The notes under the pieces were generated by a model. The model searched no databases and was not told the origin of the DNA. It saw only the letters and a program-made list of their open reading frames with translations. Both the position numbers and the translations under genes were made by a program. Shown piece after piece: positions 26,415 to 36,423 of a DNA stretch of 64,000 bases (positions within the stretch are counted from its first letter, which is position 1; every line of letters starts with the position of its first letter). The DNA lies in the NCBI GenBank assembly GCA_963770895.1, contig CAVYRF010000002.1:4192001-4256000 (forward strand), written 5' to 3'. This stretch comes from an uncultured Acidobacteriota bacterium. GTDB lineage: Bacteria; Acidobacteriota; Thermoanaerobaculia; Multivoradales; UBA5704.

Positions 26415-29209
26415 TCTTCGCGCAGGGCGAGGGCGGGCGGGGTGCGGGCCATGCGCCAGGCGGGGTAGAGGCCGGCGGCGACGGCGGTGCCGACGGCGAG
26501 GAGGAGGGCTTCGAGGAGCACCGCGGGGGCGAGGTCGAGGCGGATGGACCAGCCGAAGGAGCGGCGGTTGATGACGTAGACCATGATGGCGGACAGGACC
26601 AGGCCGGCGGGGAGGGACATGAGGCCGGCGGCCAGGCCCATCAGGCCGGTCTGGGTGGTGATCAGCTGCCAGACCTGGGCGGGAGTCAGGCCGGTGGCGC
26701 GCAGGACGCCGATCTCGCGGGCGCGTTCGAGCTGCAGGGCGGTGAGGGCCGACAGGACGCCGATCGCGGCGACCAGGCCGGCCAGCAGGCGCAGCACGCC
26801 GGTGATCAGGAAGGTGCGGTCGAAGATGGCCAGGGAGGCGCGCTTGAGGGCGCGATTGGACTGGATCACCAGCGGCCGGCTGGAGCCGAGCGCCTGGCGC
26901 AGCCGGGCGATGGTGCGGTCCATGTCGGCGCCGGGAGCCAGGTCGGCCGACATCGCCGACAGCTCGGGGTCGTGCCACAGGCGCAGGTAGTTGCGGCGAC
27001 CGATCATCACCACCCCCACGTCGCTCGCATAGTCGTAGAAGACCCCGGCGATGCGGAGGCGTTGCGGACCGGCGGCGGTCGGCAGCAGCAGGTGGCCGCC
27101 GGCGTGCAGGTCGTGGCGGCGGGAAAAGGGCTCTGACACCAGCGCCTGGTCGCCGGTCGCCACCAGGCGCCAGACCGTGCCGGGGTCGCCTTCGCGCAGC
27201 TCCAGGCCGTTCCAGCCGTGGCGGTCGTTGTCGATCGCGACCAGGCGGATGGGGCCGCCGGGGGTGGCGATCTCGGTGCGGCGGATGGCGTGCACCGCGG
27301 CGACGCCGGGCACGGCGGCGGCGCGGGCCGCGAAATCGGGCGGCAGCGAGCCGCCGCGAACGCCGCCGCCCGCCGCCGCGACGTAGACGTCGGCCTGCAG
27401 CTCGCCGTCGAGCCAGCGCACGAAGGTGTGGCGGAAGCTGTCGATCATCACGCCGACCCCCACCGTCACCGACACCGCGATCATCAGCGCGGCGATCGCC
27501 ACCGCGGTGCGCGACAGGCTGGCGGTGACGCCGCTGGCCGCCATCTTGCCGCGCCAGCCGAGCAGCGCTCCCAGCGGCGGCCGCAGCAGGCGCATCAAGC
27601 CGACCGTGGCGGCGGGCGAAAGCAGCGCGAAGCCCACCGTCACGGCGCCCAGGCCGGCGAAGCCGGGCACCAGCCCGGGCGCCATCAGGACGCCGCCGCC
27701 GGCCGCCAGCAGGCAGCAGCCCAAGAGCGTGGCGCGCGGCAGCGCCTGCGCCAGCCGCGCCTCCAGGAGCGACCTGGTGGCTGCGGCGCGCGGCGGCGTC
27801 ACCGCCGCCTCGATCGCCGGCGGCAGCGCCGCGGCGAGCGTCGCGCCCAACCCCAGCGCCGCGCCCTTGAGAAAGCTGGACGCGGGCAGCGCCAGGTCGC
27901 GCACGGCGAGAACGAAGTACAGGTCGTTGATGGTGCGGGTCACCAGCCCCAGCAGCAGCCGCCCCAGCAGCACGCCGCCGACCAGACCGAGCGCCGTGCC
28001 GGCCATCGCCAGCGCCGCCGCCTCGCCCAGCACCAAGCCCAGCACCTGGCCGCGGGTGACGCCCAGGGTGCGCAGCGTCGCCAGCAGCGGCCGCCGCTGG
28101 ACGACCGAAAACGTCGTGGTGTTGTAGATCAGGAACGCGCCGCACAGCAGGGTGAGCAGCGACAGCGCCGCCAGGTTGACCCGAAATGCGCGGGTCATGG
28201 CGAACAGGCCGCGCGCCCGCTCGCCGGCGTCCAGCAGCTGCGCGCCGGGCGGCAACAGCGCCGCGATCCGCCGCAGCTCGCGCGCCGCCCCCGGCGCGTC
28301 CGTCGCTCCCGGCGTGCCGCCGCTGGCGGCGGCCGGGCTGGCGAGGCGCAGGTCGATGCGGTCGATGCGGCCCTCGCGGCCCAGCAGCTCCTGGGCGGTG
28401 GCGATGTCCACCACCGCCAGGTCGGCGATCGCGCGCCGGGCATCGGCATCGCGCGCCCGCAGCACGCCCGCCAGGTGCATGCGGCGCACCGTGCCGCCGG
28501 CGCGCACCTGAAAGTCGCCGCCCGGCTTGAGCCCCAGCTCCTCCGCCGTCGGCGCCGACAGCAGACAGGCTCCCGGCGTCACCAGGAGCGCCGCCGGGCC
28601 GCCGGCCATGCCGGTGGCGCCGCGGGCGCCGTCGCCATCGCGGTCGCCGCTGCCGGCGCCGGCTGCAGCGCTGCCGCCTGCCGCAAGCTCGGGGCGGACC
28701 GGCCCCTCCAGAAAGGGATCGACTCCCAGCAGGTGGAGCGTCCGCGGCGGCCGGGCATCCCGGCCTCCTCGCGGTGCCGCCGCAGGCTCTCCGACATCCG
28801 CCCTGGTGCCAGGGGGCGGGCTTGCCGCGGGTGAACCTTGCCGCGGTGCCGCCGGCCGCTGCCCGCCGGGCGCCGTGGCGGCAGCCGTAGCCGTCCCCGG
28901 TTCCACGACGGTCACGTAGTCCTCGACGACCGGCGCCGCGACGACGCCACCTGCCGTCACCAGGCGCGCCAGCAGCGCGTCGGGCAGGCGGTCGGGGCCG
29001 CCGACGATCTGGTGGGTGGCGCGCCCGGCGGCGGCTTCGGTCGACAGCTGGAAGGCGCGCCCGGCGCTGGCGCTGGCCAGGTCGACCGCGACCAGGACGG
29101 CGACGCCCAGCGCCACCCCCGAAACCGCCAGCACTCCCTGCGCCCGCCGCCGCAGCAGGTGGCGCAGCGTGGTGCGCCACAGGATCGGCAGGCCCGCCGG
29201 CCGGGTCAC
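26411..29209 (-). CDS. FtsX/MacB-like ABC permease (AttF/G-type)
   Basis: [52 protein letters not shown]. Confidence 0.9.
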   Translation of the reverse strand: MTRPAGLPILWRTTLRHLLRRRAQGVLAVSGVALGVAVLVAVDLASASAGRAFQLSTEAAAGRATHQIVGGPDRLPDALLARLVTAGGVVAAPVVEDYVTVVEPGTATAAATAPGGQRPAAPRQGSPAASPPPGTRADVGEPAAAPRGGRDARPPRTLHLLGVDPFLEGPVRPELAAGGSAAAGAGSGDRDGDGARGATGMAGGPAALLVTPGACLLSAPTAEELGLKPGGDFQVRAGGTVRRMHLAGVLRARDADARRAIADLAVVDIATAQELLGREGRIDRIDLRLASPAAASGGTPGATDAPGAARELRRIAALLPPGAQLLDAGERARGLFAMTRAFRVNLAALSLLTLLCGAFLIYNTTTFSVVQRRPLLATLRTLGVTRGQVLGLVLGEAAALAMAGTALGLVGGVLLGRLLLGLVTRTINDLYFVLAVRDLALPASSFLKGAALGLGATLAAALPPAIEAAVTPPRAAATRSLLEARLAQALPRATLLGCCLLAAGGGVLMAPGLVPGFAGLGAVTVGFALLSPAATVGLMRLLRPPLGALLGWRGKMAASGVTASLSRTAVAIAALMIAVSVTVGVGVMIDSFRHTFVRWLDGELQADVYVAAAGGGVRGGSLPPDFAARAAAVPGVAAVHAIRRTEIATPGGPIRLVAIDNDRHGWNGLELREGDPGTVWRLVATGDQALVSEPFSRRHDLHAGGHLLLPTAAGPQRLRIAGVFYDYASDVGVVMIGRRNYLRLWHDPELSAMSADLAPGADMDRTIARLRQALGSSRPLVIQSNRALKRASLAIFDRTFLITGVLRLLAGLVAAIGVLSALTALQLERAREIGVLRATGLTPAQVWQLITTQTGLMGLAAGLMSLPAGLVLSAIMVYVINRRSFGWSIRLDLAPAVLLEALLLAVGTAVAAGLYPAWRMARTPPALALREE

Positions 29210-30063
29210 CCGCCGCCTCGCGCTCGCGGGCCAGGGTCACCTGCGGCCCCGGCCTGGTTGCCGCCGCGCCCGCCGCCGCCGGCGCCGCTGGCGCCGGAGC
29301 CGGTGCCTTCGACCAGGCGGCCGGCCTCGATGTGGAGCACGCGATCGGCGATGCCGACCACCTCGGGGCTGTGGGTGACCATCAGCATGGTCTTGCCGGC
29401 GCGGCGGGTGAAGCGGTCCAGCAGGTCCAGCACCTCCAGCCCGGTTTCCAGGTCCAGGTTGCCGGTGGGTTCGTCGGCCAACACCAGCAGCGGGTTGTGA
29501 ATCAGCGCCCGCGCCACCGCGAGGCGCTGCTGCTCGCCGCCGGAGAGGCGGTCGGGGAAGCTCGCCGCGCGGTCGGCCAGCCGCACCTCGTCGAGGATGG
29601 CCATGGCGGCGGCCGCGGCGTCGCGCCCCACGCTGCCCTTGAGCTCCAGCGGCAGCAGCAGGTTTTCGGCCACGGTGAGGGTGGGCAGCAGGTTGAAGGA
29701 CTGGAACACGAAGCCGATGTGGTCGCGGCGGAAGAGCGTGCGCTGGCGCTCGCCGAGCCGCGACAGCGGCACGCCGTCGATCGTCACGCTGCCTTGCGAG
29801 GGCAGGTCGATGCCGGCGATGAGGTTGAGCAGCGTGGACTTGCCGGAGCCGCTGCGGCCCATCAGGACCACCAGCTGGCCGCGGCCGAAGGTAGCCGAGG
29901 CGCCGCGCAGCACGACGTGCTCGCGGCCGCCCTCCTGATAGCTGCGCGACAGGTTGTCGATCTGGACGAGCGGTGGGCCGGCCGCGGGGTTTGCGCTTGC
30001 GTCGGGCGCGGGGTCCAGGCCGGATGCGACAGGCGCGCCGGGCGCGGGCGCGGTGCCGGTCAT
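29206..30063 (-). CDS. ABC transporter ATP-binding protein (LolD/AttE-like)
   Basis: [31 protein letters not shown]. Confidence 0.95.
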   Translation of the reverse strand: MTGTAPAPGAPVASGLDPAPDASANPAAGPPLVQIDNLSRSYQEGGREHVVLRGASATFGRGQLVVLMGRSGSGKSTLLNLIAGIDLPSQGSVTIDGVPLSRLGERQRTLFRRDHIGFVFQSFNLLPTLTVAENLLLPLELKGSVGRDAAAAAMAILDEVRLADRAASFPDRLSGGEQQRLAVARALIHNPLLVLADEPTGNLDLETGLEVLDLLDRFTRRAGKTMLMVTHSPEVVGIADRVLHIEAGRLVEGTGSGASGAGGGGRGGNQAGAAGDPGPRARGGG

Positions 30064-30094
30064 CGTCGCGGCGCCGCCTGGGATGCCTGCCAGG

Positions 30095-31951
30095 TCAGAG
30101 CCGGATTGCCTCCAGCTCGTCGATGCGCTGGCTCACCAGGTCGAAGCCGCCCTGCCAGAAGGAGCGGTCGCTGATGTCGATGCCGACTTCGGCCAGGATC
30201 TCCTGCGGGCGGGCCGAACCGCCGTAGGCGAGCAGCTTGAGGTAGCCGGGCGTGAACGCCGCCCCCTGCTCCTGGTAGCGGCGGTACAGGGCCAGGACGA
30301 GCAGCTGGCCGAAGCTGTAGGAGTAGCAATAGAACGGGGTGTTGTAGATGTGCGGGATGCTCAGCCATTCGTAGCGAAATTCTGCTGTCACGTCGACGCT
30401 GTCACCGAACTGTTCGGCGAGGGTCGCCATGTAGATCTGGCACAGCTCGTCGGTGGAGCGGCCGGCCAGAATCGCGTCGTGCGCCTGCAGCTCGAACAGC
30501 ACGAAGTAGGACTGCCGCATCACCGTGGCGTAGACGTCGTCCACCGCCGAGGCCAGCAGGTCGCGGCGCGCCAGGGGGTCCGTCTCTTCGCGCAGCAGGC
30601 GGTCGGTCATCAGCATCTCGGCGAACACCGAGGCGGTTTCGGCGAGCGGCAGCGAGGCGTGCTGGGTGAGGATCGAGTGCTGTCCGGCGAGCATGCTGTG
30701 CACGGCGTGACCCAGCTCGTGCGCCAGGGTGGCGACGTCGCGCAGCCGGCCGGTGTAGTTGACCAGCACCCAGGGGGTCAGCCGCGGCAGCACGGTGGAG
30801 CAGAAGGCGCCGCCGCGCTTGCCCTTGCGGATCTCGCCGTCCAGGTGGTCTTCGGCGAAGACGCGCTCGGCCAGGCGGCCGAAGCGGGCGTCGAATTCGC
30901 TGAAGGTTTCGAGCACCGAGCGCGCCGCGTCTTCGTAGGGGATCTTGCGCTCGGAGACGAAGAGCGGCGCGTACAGGTCGAAGCGGCTGAGGCGCTCGAG
31001 CCCCAGCCAGCGGGCTTTCAAGCGGAAGTAGCGCTGGAAGATGGGCGCGTTGGCGCGCGCCACGTCCAGCAGCACTTCGACGGCGCGGTCCGGGATGTCG
31101 TTGTCGGTGTTGCGCACGGCGATGGCGGAGCTGTAGCCGCGCAGGCCGATGGCCTCTTCGTGCCAGTCGCGCACGATGTTGACGTAGATCTGGCCCAGCA
31201 GGGTCGCCTCTTCGGCGAACAGCCGGTAGAGCTCGCGGTAGGCGGCGGCGCGCACGTCGGGCCGGGTGGTGAAGGCGTAGCCCATCAGCGCATCGCGGGT
31301 CAGGCGCTTGACTTCGCCGTCGACCTCCAGCGAGAACTCCATGCGATTGGTGATCATGGAGTAGAGCGTCGTCACCGCCGAGATGCCGTTGTCGTCCTTG
31401 ATGTTGATGATCTGTTCGGACTTTTCGTCCAGGGTGTAGGGCGACAGGCGGCGCAGCTCGGACAGAAAATGGCGGAAATCGGCCGCCCGCTGCGGCGCCG
31501 GCGCGGCGCCGGCCGCCGCCGTGGTGGTCGGCAGGGCCGGCAGGGCCGCCTGCATCAGCGCCTGGGCGTCGCGGTCGGTCAGCCCCTTCCACCACAAGCT
31601 GAAAAACAGGATGCGGTTGTTGGCCGCGGTGACCGCCTGGCGCGAGCGGTTACGAAAGGTGATCGCCTCCTGGTTGCGGGTGTCGGAGTAGAACCATAGC
31701 GAGGCGAAATTGGACAGCACGCCGGTCAGCTCAGAGATCGCTTCGTAGCGGCGCAGGACGTCCAGCAGCTGGCGCGGCTCCATGTCGGGGCGCAGCGCCG
31801 GCCGCAAGGCCTCGAAGTCCTGCAGCGCCGACTCCAGTTCGGCGAAGCGGCGCGCGATCACCTCTTCGTGAGTCGAGGGGAGGAGCTGGCGCAGATCCCA
31901 GCCGCGCAGCTGGTAGGTCCTGGTCGTCTGGGATTCTGTGATGGCCGGCAT
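30095..31951 (-). CDS. pepF: Oligoendopeptidase F (M3B)
   Basis: WDL, GKRGGAFC, TLAHELGHAVH, AETASVFAE, PFYCYSYSFG; RBS GGAGG. Confidence 0.92.
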   Translation of the reverse strand: MPAITESQTTRTYQLRGWDLRQLLPSTHEEVIARRFAELESALQDFEALRPALRPDMEPRQLLDVLRRYEAISELTGVLSNFASLWFYSDTRNQEAITFRNRSRQAVTAANNRILFFSLWWKGLTDRDAQALMQAALPALPTTTAAAGAAPAPQRAADFRHFLSELRRLSPYTLDEKSEQIINIKDDNGISAVTTLYSMITNRMEFSLEVDGEVKRLTRDALMGYAFTTRPDVRAAAYRELYRLFAEEATLLGQIYVNIVRDWHEEAIGLRGYSSAIAVRNTDNDIPDRAVEVLLDVARANAPIFQRYFRLKARWLGLERLSRFDLYAPLFVSERKIPYEDAARSVLETFSEFDARFGRLAERVFAEDHLDGEIRKGKRGGAFCSTVLPRLTPWVLVNYTGRLRDVATLAHELGHAVHSMLAGQHSILTQHASLPLAETASVFAEMLMTDRLLREETDPLARRDLLASAVDDVYATVMRQSYFVLFELQAHDAILAGRSTDELCQIYMATLAEQFGDSVDVTAEFRYEWLSIPHIYNTPFYCYSYSFGQLLVLALYRRYQEQGAAFTPGYLKLLAYGGSARPQEILAEVGIDISDRSFWQGGFDLVSQRIDELEAIRL

Positions 31952-31979
31952 GGGGATCGCTGTGGTACCTCCAATCCTC

Positions 31980-34900
31980 CTAGTTTACCTGAGGATGCGG
32001 CGGGATCAGCGGTTGCGCCCCGGCGCCGGCCGCAACCTGGTTGAAGCTCGCCAGGTCGCGGCTCAGCAGACCGGCAAGCACCCCCAGCTGCGTGTCGATG
32101 GCGGCCACCAGCTCGTCGCGCACGGCGATCGCCTGCGCGGTGGGCCGGTAGTCGCCCAGCGCCGCCGACTCGGCGACGCCGTTGAGCTTGTCGTCCAGGC
32201 GGATCGGGAAGTTGAGCGCGTCTTCGACGCTGTGGCTCTTGGTCTGGTACAGCGCCTCCTCGACCGCCGCCAGCTTGCCGTCCAGCTCCTTGGCGGCCTT
32301 GTACACCCCGGCGTAGGGCGATGGGTGCGCGGCGGCGGCCTTGCCGCCGTCGCCGTCGTGGTCGGAGTCTCCCTTGGCGCCGGCGGCGGCGCCCGCTGGG
32401 GCCTCGGCGGCGCGCAGGCGCTTGCGCAGGTCGGCGATCTGGCCGCGCACGGCGCGCACCCGGCGCAGGGCGTCGTGGGTCTGATCGATCTTGTCGCGGA
32501 TGCCGAGCAGGAACGCCTGCTGCGCCGCCAGGTCGGCGTCGCTGCCGCTGGCGCGCGGGTCCTTGACGACGGTGAAGGCGACGGTGGCGGTCTGGCCGCC
32601 GGCGGTCACCCGCGCCTGGTAGGCGCCGGGCGCCACGCGCGGCGCGATCAGCTCACCGTTCCACAGCACCATCCCCGGAAAGCCCTTGGCCGCCGGCCAG
32701 GTCAGGTCCCAGACGAAGCGGTTGAAGCCGCGCGCCGCCGGTGGGTGGGGCTCCTCGCGCCCGCGCCGGCTGGGCCGGTCGGCCTCTTCAGGCTCGCCTT
32801 CGGCTTCGTCGCCGCCCGGTTCGGCGCCGCCCTTGTCGGCATCTTCGGCTTCGCCGGCACGGCCCGCTGCACTGGCGGTGCCGGCGGCGCCGGTCTTCGC
32901 CCCTTCGGCGGCGGCGGCGCGTTCGGCGGCCCCGCCCGCCGGCGCCGGCGTGTGTTTGTCCGCGCTCCCCGCCGGCGCAGGCTTGTCCGCATCGCCCGCT
33001 GGCGCCGGCTTTTCGGCGGTGAAGGTGCGGATCTGCTTGCCGTCGGGCCCCAGGATGTCGATCTTGAGCGGTGCCGAACCGGCGGCGGGGGCGTCGCGCA
33101 GCCAATAGTCGATCACCACGCCGGTCGGCGGGTTCTGTCCTTCGCCGACGGGCGGCCTGCGGGCGTTGCGTCCGGCCAGGCGCCAGGCGGGCGGCGGGGC
33201 GAAGACGTGCAGCGCCGCCGCCAGGACCTGCGGCGCGGCGGCCACCTCGCGCAGCGGCTGCAGGTCGTCGAGCACCCAGAAGCCGCGCCCTTCCGTGGCG
33301 GCGATCAGGTCGCCGTCCTTGATGGTGAGGTCGCCGATCGGCACGATCGGCAGGTTGAGCTGCCAGGCCCGCCAGTGCGCGCCGTCGTCTTGCGACAGGT
33401 AGACGCCGCGCTGGGTGCCGGCGTACAGCAGGCCGCGCCGCGCCGGATCGGCGCGCACCACGCGGGTGAAGTGGGTGCGGTCGATGCCGCTGTCGATGCG
33501 GGTCCAGTGGGCGCCGTAGTCGGACGTCTTGTACAGGTAGGGCGTCTGGTCGTCGGCGCGGTACAGGGTGGCGGCGAAGTAGGCGCCGCCGGGCTCGAAC
33601 GGGCTGGCTTCGATGCTGTTGATCTGCGCCCACCTGGGCAGCCCCGGCGGGGTGACGTCCTGCCAGGCGCCGCCGCCGTCGCGCGAGACGTGCACCAGGC
33701 CGTCGTCGGAGCCCACCCACAGCACGCCGGCGGCGAGCGGCGATTCGGCGATGGTGAAGATGGTGTCGTAGTACTCGACGCTGGTGTTGTCCTGCGTGAT
33801 CGGACCGCCCGACGACGCCTGGCGCGCAGGGTCGTTGCGCGTCAGGTCGGGGGAGATGACCGCCCAGCTCTGGCCGCCGTCGAGCGACTTGAACAGGACG
33901 TTGGCGCCGACGTACAGCACGCGCCGGTCGTGGGGCGAGGTGGCGATCGGGAAGTTCCACTGGAAGCGGTACTTGAGGCCGGCCGCGGCGGCGCCCATCG
34001 GGTTGTCGGGCCAGGGATTGACGTCGCGCACCTCGCCCGTCGTGTGGTTGAGCCGCACCAGCAGGCCGCCGTAGGAGCCGCCGTAGACCACCTCGGGATT
34101 GGCGGGATCGGCCAGGATGTAGCCGCTTTCGCCGCCGGCCGTCTCCTGCCAGTCGCCGCGGCCGATGCCGCCGCCGTCGCCGCGGCTGGCGATGCGCAGC
34201 GCCGAGTTGTCCTGCTGCGCGCCGTAGATGCGGTACGGGAAGTGGGTGTCGGTGGTGACGCGATAGATCTGGGCGGTGGGCTGGTTGTCCTGCGGCGTCC
34301 AGGTGAGGCCGCCGTCGTCGCTGACGTTGACGCCGCCGTCGTTGGCTTCGATCATCCGCCGCGGATCGCCGGGGTCGATCCACAGGTCGTGGTTGTCGCC
34401 GTGCGGCGTGGGGATGGCGGTGAAGGTGCGGCCGCCGTCCTGCGAATGGCGGAACGAGACGTTGACGACGTAGACCGATTCGGCGTTGCCCGGATCGGCA
34501 TAGATGCGGTTGTAGTACCAGGCGCGCTGGGTCAGCTCGTGGTCGGAGTTGACGCGGGTCCAGGTCTTGCCGGCGTCGCGCGAGCGGAAGACGCCGCCTT
34601 CCTTGGCCTCGAACATGGCGTACAGGTTGTCGGGGTCGGTGCGCGAGACGGACACGCCGACGATGCCGAGCGGCCCCTTGGGCACGCCGGGGTTGTGCGA
34701 CAGGTCGGTCCAGGTGTCGCCGCCGTCGGTCGACTTCCACAGGCCCGAACCGGGGCCGCCGCTCTCCAGGCTGTAGGGCGTGCGCAGGATGCGCCACATG
34801 CCGGCATAGAGCACCCGCGGATTGGTGGGGTCCATCGCCAGGTCCACCGCGCCCACCTTGTCGCCCACGAACAGCACCCGCTTCCAGGTGGCGCCGCCGT

Positions 34901-35555
34901 CGGTCGAACGGAAGATGCCGCGCTCGGCGTTGGCGCCGAACAGGTGGCCCAGCACCGCGGCATAGACCAGGTCGGGATTCTTGGGATGGATGCGGATGCG
35001 GCAGATGTGGCGGGAGTCGAGCAGGCCGGCGCGCTTCCAGGTCTTGCCGGCGTCGGTCGATTTCCACATGCCGTCGCCTTCGGAGACGTTGCCGCGCACC
35101 GTTTCTTCGCCGGTGCCGGCGTACACCACGTTGGGGTCCCAGCTGGAGACGGCGACGTCGCCGATCGAGCCGCCGAAGAAGCCGTCCGACACGCTGTGCC
35201 AGGTGCGGCCGGCGTCGGTCGATTTCCAGACGCCGCCGCCGGTGGCGCCAAAGTAGTAGGTGGCGCGGTCGCCCGGCAGGCCGGCCACCGCGTCGGCGCG
35301 GCCGCCGCGATAGGGACCCACCTCCCGCCAGCGCAGCGCCTTCCACAGGTCGGCGTCGCCGGCGTTGGCGCCGGGGCTGGGGCTGGCGGAGTCGGCGGAG
35401 TTGGCGGTATTGGCGGTATTGGCGGCATGGGCGGCGCCGGCGAAGCTGGCGGACAGCACCGCCATGCAGACCAGCAGCAGCGGCCACGCCGCCGGCGGTG
35501 GGGCGCCGGCGGCGCGACGGCGGCGGCCGGTGCAGGGACGCAAAGACGTAGTCAT
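31980..35555 (-). CDS. Secreted BNR/Asp-box (VPS10/sortilin-like) beta-propeller protein
   Basis: Signal peptide, WREVGPYRGGR, many SxDGGxTW Asp-boxes, HGDNHDLWIDP, C-terminal helical region; start reassigned to ATG 35555. Confidence 0.88.
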   Translation of the reverse strand: MTTSLRPCTGRRRRAAGAPPPAAWPLLLVCMAVLSASFAGAAHAANTANTANSADSASPSPGANAGDADLWKALRWREVGPYRGGRADAVAGLPGDRATYYFGATGGGVWKSTDAGRTWHSVSDGFFGGSIGDVAVSSWDPNVVYAGTGEETVRGNVSEGDGMWKSTDAGKTWKRAGLLDSRHICRIRIHPKNPDLVYAAVLGHLFGANAERGIFRSTDGGATWKRVLFVGDKVGAVDLAMDPTNPRVLYAGMWRILRTPYSLESGGPGSGLWKSTDGGDTWTDLSHNPGVPKGPLGIVGVSVSRTDPDNLYAMFEAKEGGVFRSRDAGKTWTRVNSDHELTQRAWYYNRIYADPGNAESVYVVNVSFRHSQDGGRTFTAIPTPHGDNHDLWIDPGDPRRMIEANDGGVNVSDDGGLTWTPQDNQPTAQIYRVTTDTHFPYRIYGAQQDNSALRIASRGDGGGIGRGDWQETAGGESGYILADPANPEVVYGGSYGGLLVRLNHTTGEVRDVNPWPDNPMGAAAAGLKYRFQWNFPIATSPHDRRVLYVGANVLFKSLDGGQSWAVISPDLTRNDPARQASSGGPITQDNTSVEYYDTIFTIAESPLAAGVLWVGSDDGLVHVSRDGGGAWQDVTPPGLPRWAQINSIEASPFEPGGAYFAATLYRADDQTPYLYKTSDYGAHWTRIDSGIDRTHFTRVVRADPARRGLLYAGTQRGVYLSQDDGAHWRAWQLNLPIVPIGDLTIKDGDLIAATEGRGFWVLDDLQPLREVAAAPQVLAAALHVFAPPPAWRLAGRNARRPPVGEGQNPPTGVVIDYWLRDAPAAGSAPLKIDILGPDGKQIRTFTAEKPAPAGDADKPAPAGSADKHTPAPAGGAAERAAAAEGAKTGAAGTASAAGRAGEAEDADKGGAEPGGDEAEGEPEEADRPSRRGREEPHPPAARGFNRFVWDLTWPAAKGFPGMVLWNGELIAPRVAPGAYQARVTAGGQTATVAFTVVKDPRASGSDADLAAQQAFLLGIRDKIDQTHDALRRVRAVRGQIADLRKRLRAAEAPAGAAAGAKGDSDHDGDGGKAAAAHPSPYAGVYKAAKELDGKLAAVEEALYQTKSHSVEDALNFPIRLDDKLNGVAESAALGDYRPTAQAIAVRDELVAAIDTQLGVLAGLLSRDLASFNQVAAGAGAQPLIPPHPQVN
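35385..35429. repeat. 9-bp tandem repeat, 5 imperfect units
   Basis: GGCGGAGTC GGCGGAGTT GGCGGTATT GGCGGTATT GGCGGCATG, encoding HAANTANTANSADSA. Confidence 0.8.
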
Positions 35556-35776
35556 GATGGAGGATCCCCCGCGATCAGGTGGGCGGCGCGAGCCCACACA
35601 TCCGTGATGCCGCGGGAGAGTGTAGTGCACTGCGAGGACCAGCGCATGCCGCGCGCCGGCAGACGGCCCGGCGCCACCCGGCACGCGCGGCACCGCGCGC
35701 GTACCGGCGCGGTTGCGCGCGGGGCCGAGCCCGAGGAGCGCTGAGCGAAGAACCTGGAGGAACGCAACTCCCCGGC

Positions 35777-36244
35777 CTACGGGTAGTCGTTGACCTCCAG
35801 CTTGTCGAGCGGCAGGCCGCAGGGGTAGAACAGGTTGAAGACCGGCTGCTCGATCACCTCGGCGTAATGCAGCAGCAGCGGGCCGTACTGCTCGATGCCC
35901 GACTTGCCGCCTTCGATGTCTTCGTACTCCTGCTTGGGGATCTCCAGCTCTTCGGCCATCTGGTCGACGGTCTTGTTGCGCTTCTCGCGGTGCTTGCGGA
36001 TCAGCTGTCCCGCCTGCCCGTGCTGGGTGTCGGCGGATCTGCCGCTGTCGGCCAGCAGGCGGGAGGTGGGGGTTTCGAGCTTGATGGCGACCCGCGCCAG
36101 CAGCGGTCCCCACTGCTCGGCAGGCGAGCTGCCGGCTTCCATCTCGCGATAGCTATCCGCCGAGATGCCGAGTTTGGTCGCCATGTCCTCGACCGACAGC
36201 TTCTTGCGCTCGCGCTCTTTTTTCAGGACGTCTCCGAGTTTCAC
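35777..36244 (-). CDS. Tandem double XRE-HTH protein
   Basis: GTG start with AGGAGG RBS and TACAAT -10; two homologous halves (EQWGPLL / EQYGPLL). Confidence 0.85.
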   Translation of the reverse strand: MKLGDVLKKERERKKLSVEDMATKLGISADSYREMEAGSSPAEQWGPLLARVAIKLETPTSRLLADSGRSADTQHGQAGQLIRKHREKRNKTVDQMAEELEIPKQEYEDIEGGKSGIEQYGPLLLHYAEVIEQPVFNLFYPCGLPLDKLEVNDYP

Positions 36245-36423
36245 CGCGTTCCTCCTTGTCCGGATTGTATCTTCTGGGGGCGCTCGTGGGGCGCGGGAGA
36301 GAGCTCCTGGCAACGAGCGCGCCGCCGGGTCGGTTCCCCCGTTACAGTGCGCCTCGCGGTGCCGGGCGTGACAAGGCCGGACTGCATACCCCCCTTGGGG
36401 ACCGCCGAGCGCGTCCGTCAGGC

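Noticed and set aside
24930-29240. Apparent giant fusions in the ORF track (24930-29240, 14988-18344, 17630-20353, 6869-8986, 45623-47809, 31980-36113)
   Set aside because: The N-terminal parts are Arg/Pro-rich off-frame read-through overlapping real genes; true starts are at internal coupled ATG/GTG codons.
24930-30063. AttEFGH-like and LemA-TPM loci as novel systems
   Set aside because: Both are widespread, previously described gene arrangements, although their functions are poorly known.
31938-35744. 1268-aa plus-strand ORF and similar long antisense ORFs (2579-4615, 12659-14917, 19003-21657, 42671-45598, 60315-62573)
   Set aside because: Shadow frames opposite genes with clear family motifs; stop-poor because of high GC; no motifs of their own.
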